From the NCBI GenBank assembly GCA_025839675.1, contig CP104013.1, positions 5,190,001 to 5,222,000 on the forward strand: 32,000 nt of DNA, given 5' to 3'. How positions within the stretch are numbered: position 1 is the stretch's first letter; each line of letters begins with the position of its first letter. Under the pieces are notes generated by a model that saw nothing but the letters and a program-made list of their open reading frames with translations, had not been told where the DNA came from and made no database searches. This DNA is from Candidatus Lokiarchaeum ossiferum (GTDB lineage: Archaea; Asgardarchaeota; Lokiarchaeia; Sigyniarchaeales; Promethearchaeaceae). Positions 29,450-32,000 of the stretch are shown in pieces. A program made the translations under genes and the position numbers.

Positions 29450-32000
29450 ATGTTTAAAGGATCGGGGAAAGCATCTAGAATTATGTCTAAGAAAGGTAAG
29501 GCAGTATTGAATGTGGTGAAGTTTGGAGCGATCGTTGCTGTTATATTAGTGGGATATTCATTTAGTTCCGTAATATCGGAGCGGATCTTTAATAGATCTC
29601 CAAATCGTCTTGATCGATCTACCCAAGGGGAAGATCTGACTGCAATATCGCCTACCGACCTTATCAGGGAAGAATTGACTTTAGATTTTTCTTCCATTAT
29701 GGAAAATTTACTTGATTCAAGTTTGCTCGATTCGATGACTGACGAAGAAAAAACTCAGTTTTTTGAGGATTTATTCGGTGATGGTATCGAAGAATTCATG
29801 GATGATGAAGATTTGACTCCCGATGAATTTTTACAACAATATGGTGATGATTTGCAAGATTTAATGGAATCCATTGGGGGACAAGAATTTAGTGCCGATG
29901 CCTTGGATCAATTTCCTCCAGAACTTGCACTAATTTTACTGGCCAAGGATGTATTTTATGCATATGAATCAAATCCGAGTTCCAATTCATGGGATGATCC
30001 TGAAGACACTCTATTCAAAACTGGAGCGTATGATGAATATAACTTGGATAGTTTCTCTTGGAAAATTTCCGATCTTTTAGATAACAGAGCGGATATCTTG
30101 GATATCGATGAAGTTAATGATTACAAATGGAAAATTAAATATCCTATAACAACATTGGAGAGTACCACCCCTGCAATGCCCACCATATCTCCTTCTCCCC
30201 GAATCCAGCTTGATTCGTGGGAATCGACTCCAATCATTCCTTCGAATGATCCTGCCCCTATGAAAATGCAATCCAATATGGGTTCGGCTTATATGGAACT
30301 CGAATATTCTCTTACCGATTTAAACAAACAAACAAATATAACTTATGATCTTCTGTACAATGGCGGCGATTATCATTCTCCGAGTTATTATGATAACGAC
30401 ATTAGTATGTCACAATACGTTGGGACCTCTATTACTGTAGCAGCATGTTCCACAAGTCCTAAACAAGGTGAAACAAGTATTACGTGGACAGATTATCGTA
30501 ATACTCACCCGAATTTTGATCAAGTTGTAAGCGATTTGGCATCTTATGCGGAATTTACTGCCGCTTCCAATATATATGAAAAAATGGAAGCCATTGTCAA
30601 TTTTGTTGGAGCCAATTTTGTTTATGATCCCGCCAGTGGGTTTCGTCCCGATGAAAATGAAGATCCTTTAGAATGGTTTTGTGAAGGAAAGCAATCGGCA
30701 ATGTCATTTGAATTTACTTACTTGACGGTGTCGTTAGCTCGATTAAATAATATTGCAGCAAAGTATGTGTCTGGCTATAAATATAACCCTCTTTTTGAGT
30801 TTCAATACGGAGGGGCTTATTCTGATCCTTCTGAAGGGGGGGACGTCGCCTACCCTTATCGAGTTGGAAATTTATATTCATGGGTTGAAGCTTTTATTCC
30901 TACCTCTACTACCACTGGTGATTGGGTCTCCTTTGACAATCGATTTGATGCTGAACCCATAATCCCTACTCCTGATGGAGTAAGGTTAAACCTTGATTTT
31001 GGAGGGGCAGCTACTTCAGATTTGGCTGGTGTCCCTCGATTTATTTCTGATTTTCCTCTTGTCGGAAATGTTATCCCTGTTGAATTGACCTATACAATGC
31101 AAGGGTCAGCAATCCAAAATCAGAAAATAACTGTCAGTGATACCACATATGGCGAAGTTATTGGCGATTTTTATACCGGTCAAGGTGGAATTGGAACTTA
31201 TGAGATTGAACTTGAAAATCTGGTCCCTGGTACCCATGTATTGAATTTCACAACTACTTATTTGGGATTATCCTTTGGAAATGTTTCGGTTATTAATGTC
31301 TTGGATGACGTCGAAGTTTATTCCACTTTGAGTGACGAATATATCGTGGCTCCCTCAAATCAAGATCAAAATATTGATATTGATGGTTATGTCTGGGATC
31401 CTGTCTTAGGAAAACCAATCAAAAGTGCTCAAGTATCCTTCACCGGGTTAATGCAACCTACTGAGTCTCAACCTACTGAAGAAGTTTTTAATCTTTCACC
31501 CAATATTACGACAACGGTAGAAAATGGTAATGATTACAATTTTACTCTTGCGGCATTGATTCCAGGATTTCCTGTTGAAGATTATGGAAGGGAATACAAA
31601 ATTGTGACTAACTTTGATGGAAAATTCGATCTTTCGGCTGAAATACTTCAATACGCTCTCCCTTATCAGCTCATTTTTGCCGATATTTTTGGAGGGGGAG
31701 AACAAATCTGTACCTTCGATCCCAATGCCAATTTGTCCTTAACAGTAAATAATACGGTTGAGATTTATGATGACGAATACCATCGTTATACTTTTTACAT
31801 TAATAACTCATATTCTGTTAATAACACAGTAGGTACTTATCCTACAGGGCCAACAATTGGAGAACGTGATGGATCCTTTAGTTTATATATCAACGCGACA
31901 ACCGTTTTGGGAACTGGAGGTGAACCCGGTCAAACTATCAATATTTATGATGAAACCGAATCAGATCGTCTAGTTACCTCATTTATTACTGATGGAACGG
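29450..32000 (+). CDS. Large N-terminally anchored extracellular protein with transglutaminase-like core and beta-rich repeats (3' end beyond the window)
   Basis: This ORF is not in the supplied track because it has no stop. I translated 29450-31999 codon by codon and found no in-frame stop (850 codons). The N-terminus is MFKGSGKASRIMSKKGKAVLNVVKFGAIVAVILVGYSF (TM anchor), followed by an acidic region (DEEKTQFFEDLFGDGIEEFMDDEDL). A transglutaminase-core-like block follows (SAMSFEFTYLTVSLARLNNIAAKYVSGY ... LYSWVEAFIP ... GDWVSFDN). The rest is beta-rich, sequon-containing sequence. Confidence 0.8.
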   Translation, partial: MFKGSGKASRIMSKKGKAVLNVVKFGAIVAVILVGYSFSSVISERIFNRSPNRLDRSTQGEDLTAISPTDLIREELTLDFSSIMENLLDSSLLDSMTDEEKTQFFEDLFGDGIEEFMDDEDLTPDEFLQQYGDDLQDLMESIGGQEFSADALDQFPPELALILLAKDVFYAYESNPSSNSWDDPEDTLFKTGAYDEYNLDSFSWKISDLLDNRADILDIDEVNDYKWKIKYPITTLESTTPAMPTISPSPRIQLDSWESTPIIPSNDPAPMKMQSNMGSAYMELEYSLTDLNKQTNITYDLLYNGGDYHSPSYYDNDISMSQYVGTSITVAACSTSPKQGETSITWTDYRNTHPNFDQVVSDLASYAEFTAASNIYEKMEAIVNFVGANFVYDPASGFRPDENEDPLEWFCEGKQSAMSFEFTYLTVSLARLNNIAAKYVSGYKYNPLFEFQYGGAYSDPSEGGDVAYPYRVGNLYSWVEAFIPTSTTTGDWVSFDNRFDAEPIIPTPDGVRLNLDFGGAATSDLAGVPRFISDFPLVGNVIPVELTYTMQGSAIQNQKITVSDTTYGEVIGDFYTGQGGIGTYEIELENLVPGTHVLNFTTTYLGLSFGNVSVINVLDDVEVYSTLSDEYIVAPSNQDQNIDIDGYVWDPVLGKPIKSAQVSFTGLMQPTESQPTEEVFNLSPNITTTVENGNDYNFTLAALIPGFPVEDYGREYKIVTNFDGKFDLSAEILQYALPYQLIFADIFGGGEQICTFDPNANLSLTVNNTVEIYDDEYHRYTFYINNSYSVNNTVGTYPTGPTIGERDGSFSLYINATTVLGTGGEPGQTINIYDETESDRLVTSFITDGT

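Noticed and set aside
29419-29697. 92-aa minus-strand ORF, together with 30077-30271 (minus), 30753-30962 (plus, other frame) and 31496-31705 (minus).
   Set aside because: All sit inside the long plus-strand frame that is open from 29450 to the end of the window. That frame encodes a TM anchor and a transglutaminase-like block, so the listed ORFs are best explained as shadow or alternative-frame ORFs.
1-32000. Search for CRISPR arrays, transposases, integrases, terminal inverted repeats, a prophage or a defence island.
   Set aside because: I saw no regularly spaced direct repeats and no recombinase- or transposase-like ORFs. The tRNA is not followed by an integrase or a duplicated tRNA 3' end. 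The only defence-type gene, the methyltransferase, has no partners.

Overview
AT-rich archaeal chromosomal segment with about 27 protein genes, one tRNA, and no CRISPR array, transposase or integrase that I could find. The housekeeping genes are clearly archaeal: ribosomal protein S30e, Sec61-beta, type-2 methionine aminopeptidase, thymidylate kinase, three tandem archaellins, and a tRNA-Gln with an A1-U72 pair. Mixed among them is a dense set of eukaryote-signature genes. These are a eukaryote-type E1 with a Uba3-like catalytic-cysteine segment, a Rab-like small GTPase, a full-length ribophorin I (OST1) homologue, an N-myristoyltransferase-like double-GNAT protein, a PPP-family phosphatase and a long insertion-bearing Trm112. 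Together this suggests an Asgard (Lokiarchaeia-like) genome, which is an inference from gene content only.

The observations most worth a second look:
- The NMT-like gene ends 9 nt before a CDP-alcohol phosphatidyltransferase gene, inside a seven-gene same-strand block (704-12620).
- The ribophorin I homologue is divergently paired with Sec61-beta.
- Two tandem ~880-aa paralogues fuse a Walker-A-less KaiC/RecA-like domain to a PPDK_N ATP-grasp domain.
- A PPP phosphatase has a possible MIT-like N-terminus and is followed by two helical-domain/zinc-ribbon proteins.
- The three-gene archaellin cluster has no archaellum motor genes in view.
- A >850-codon open reading frame runs off the 3' end and is missing from the supplied ORF track.

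All family assignments come from motif reading by eye and from remembered reference sequences. None has been confirmed by a search.
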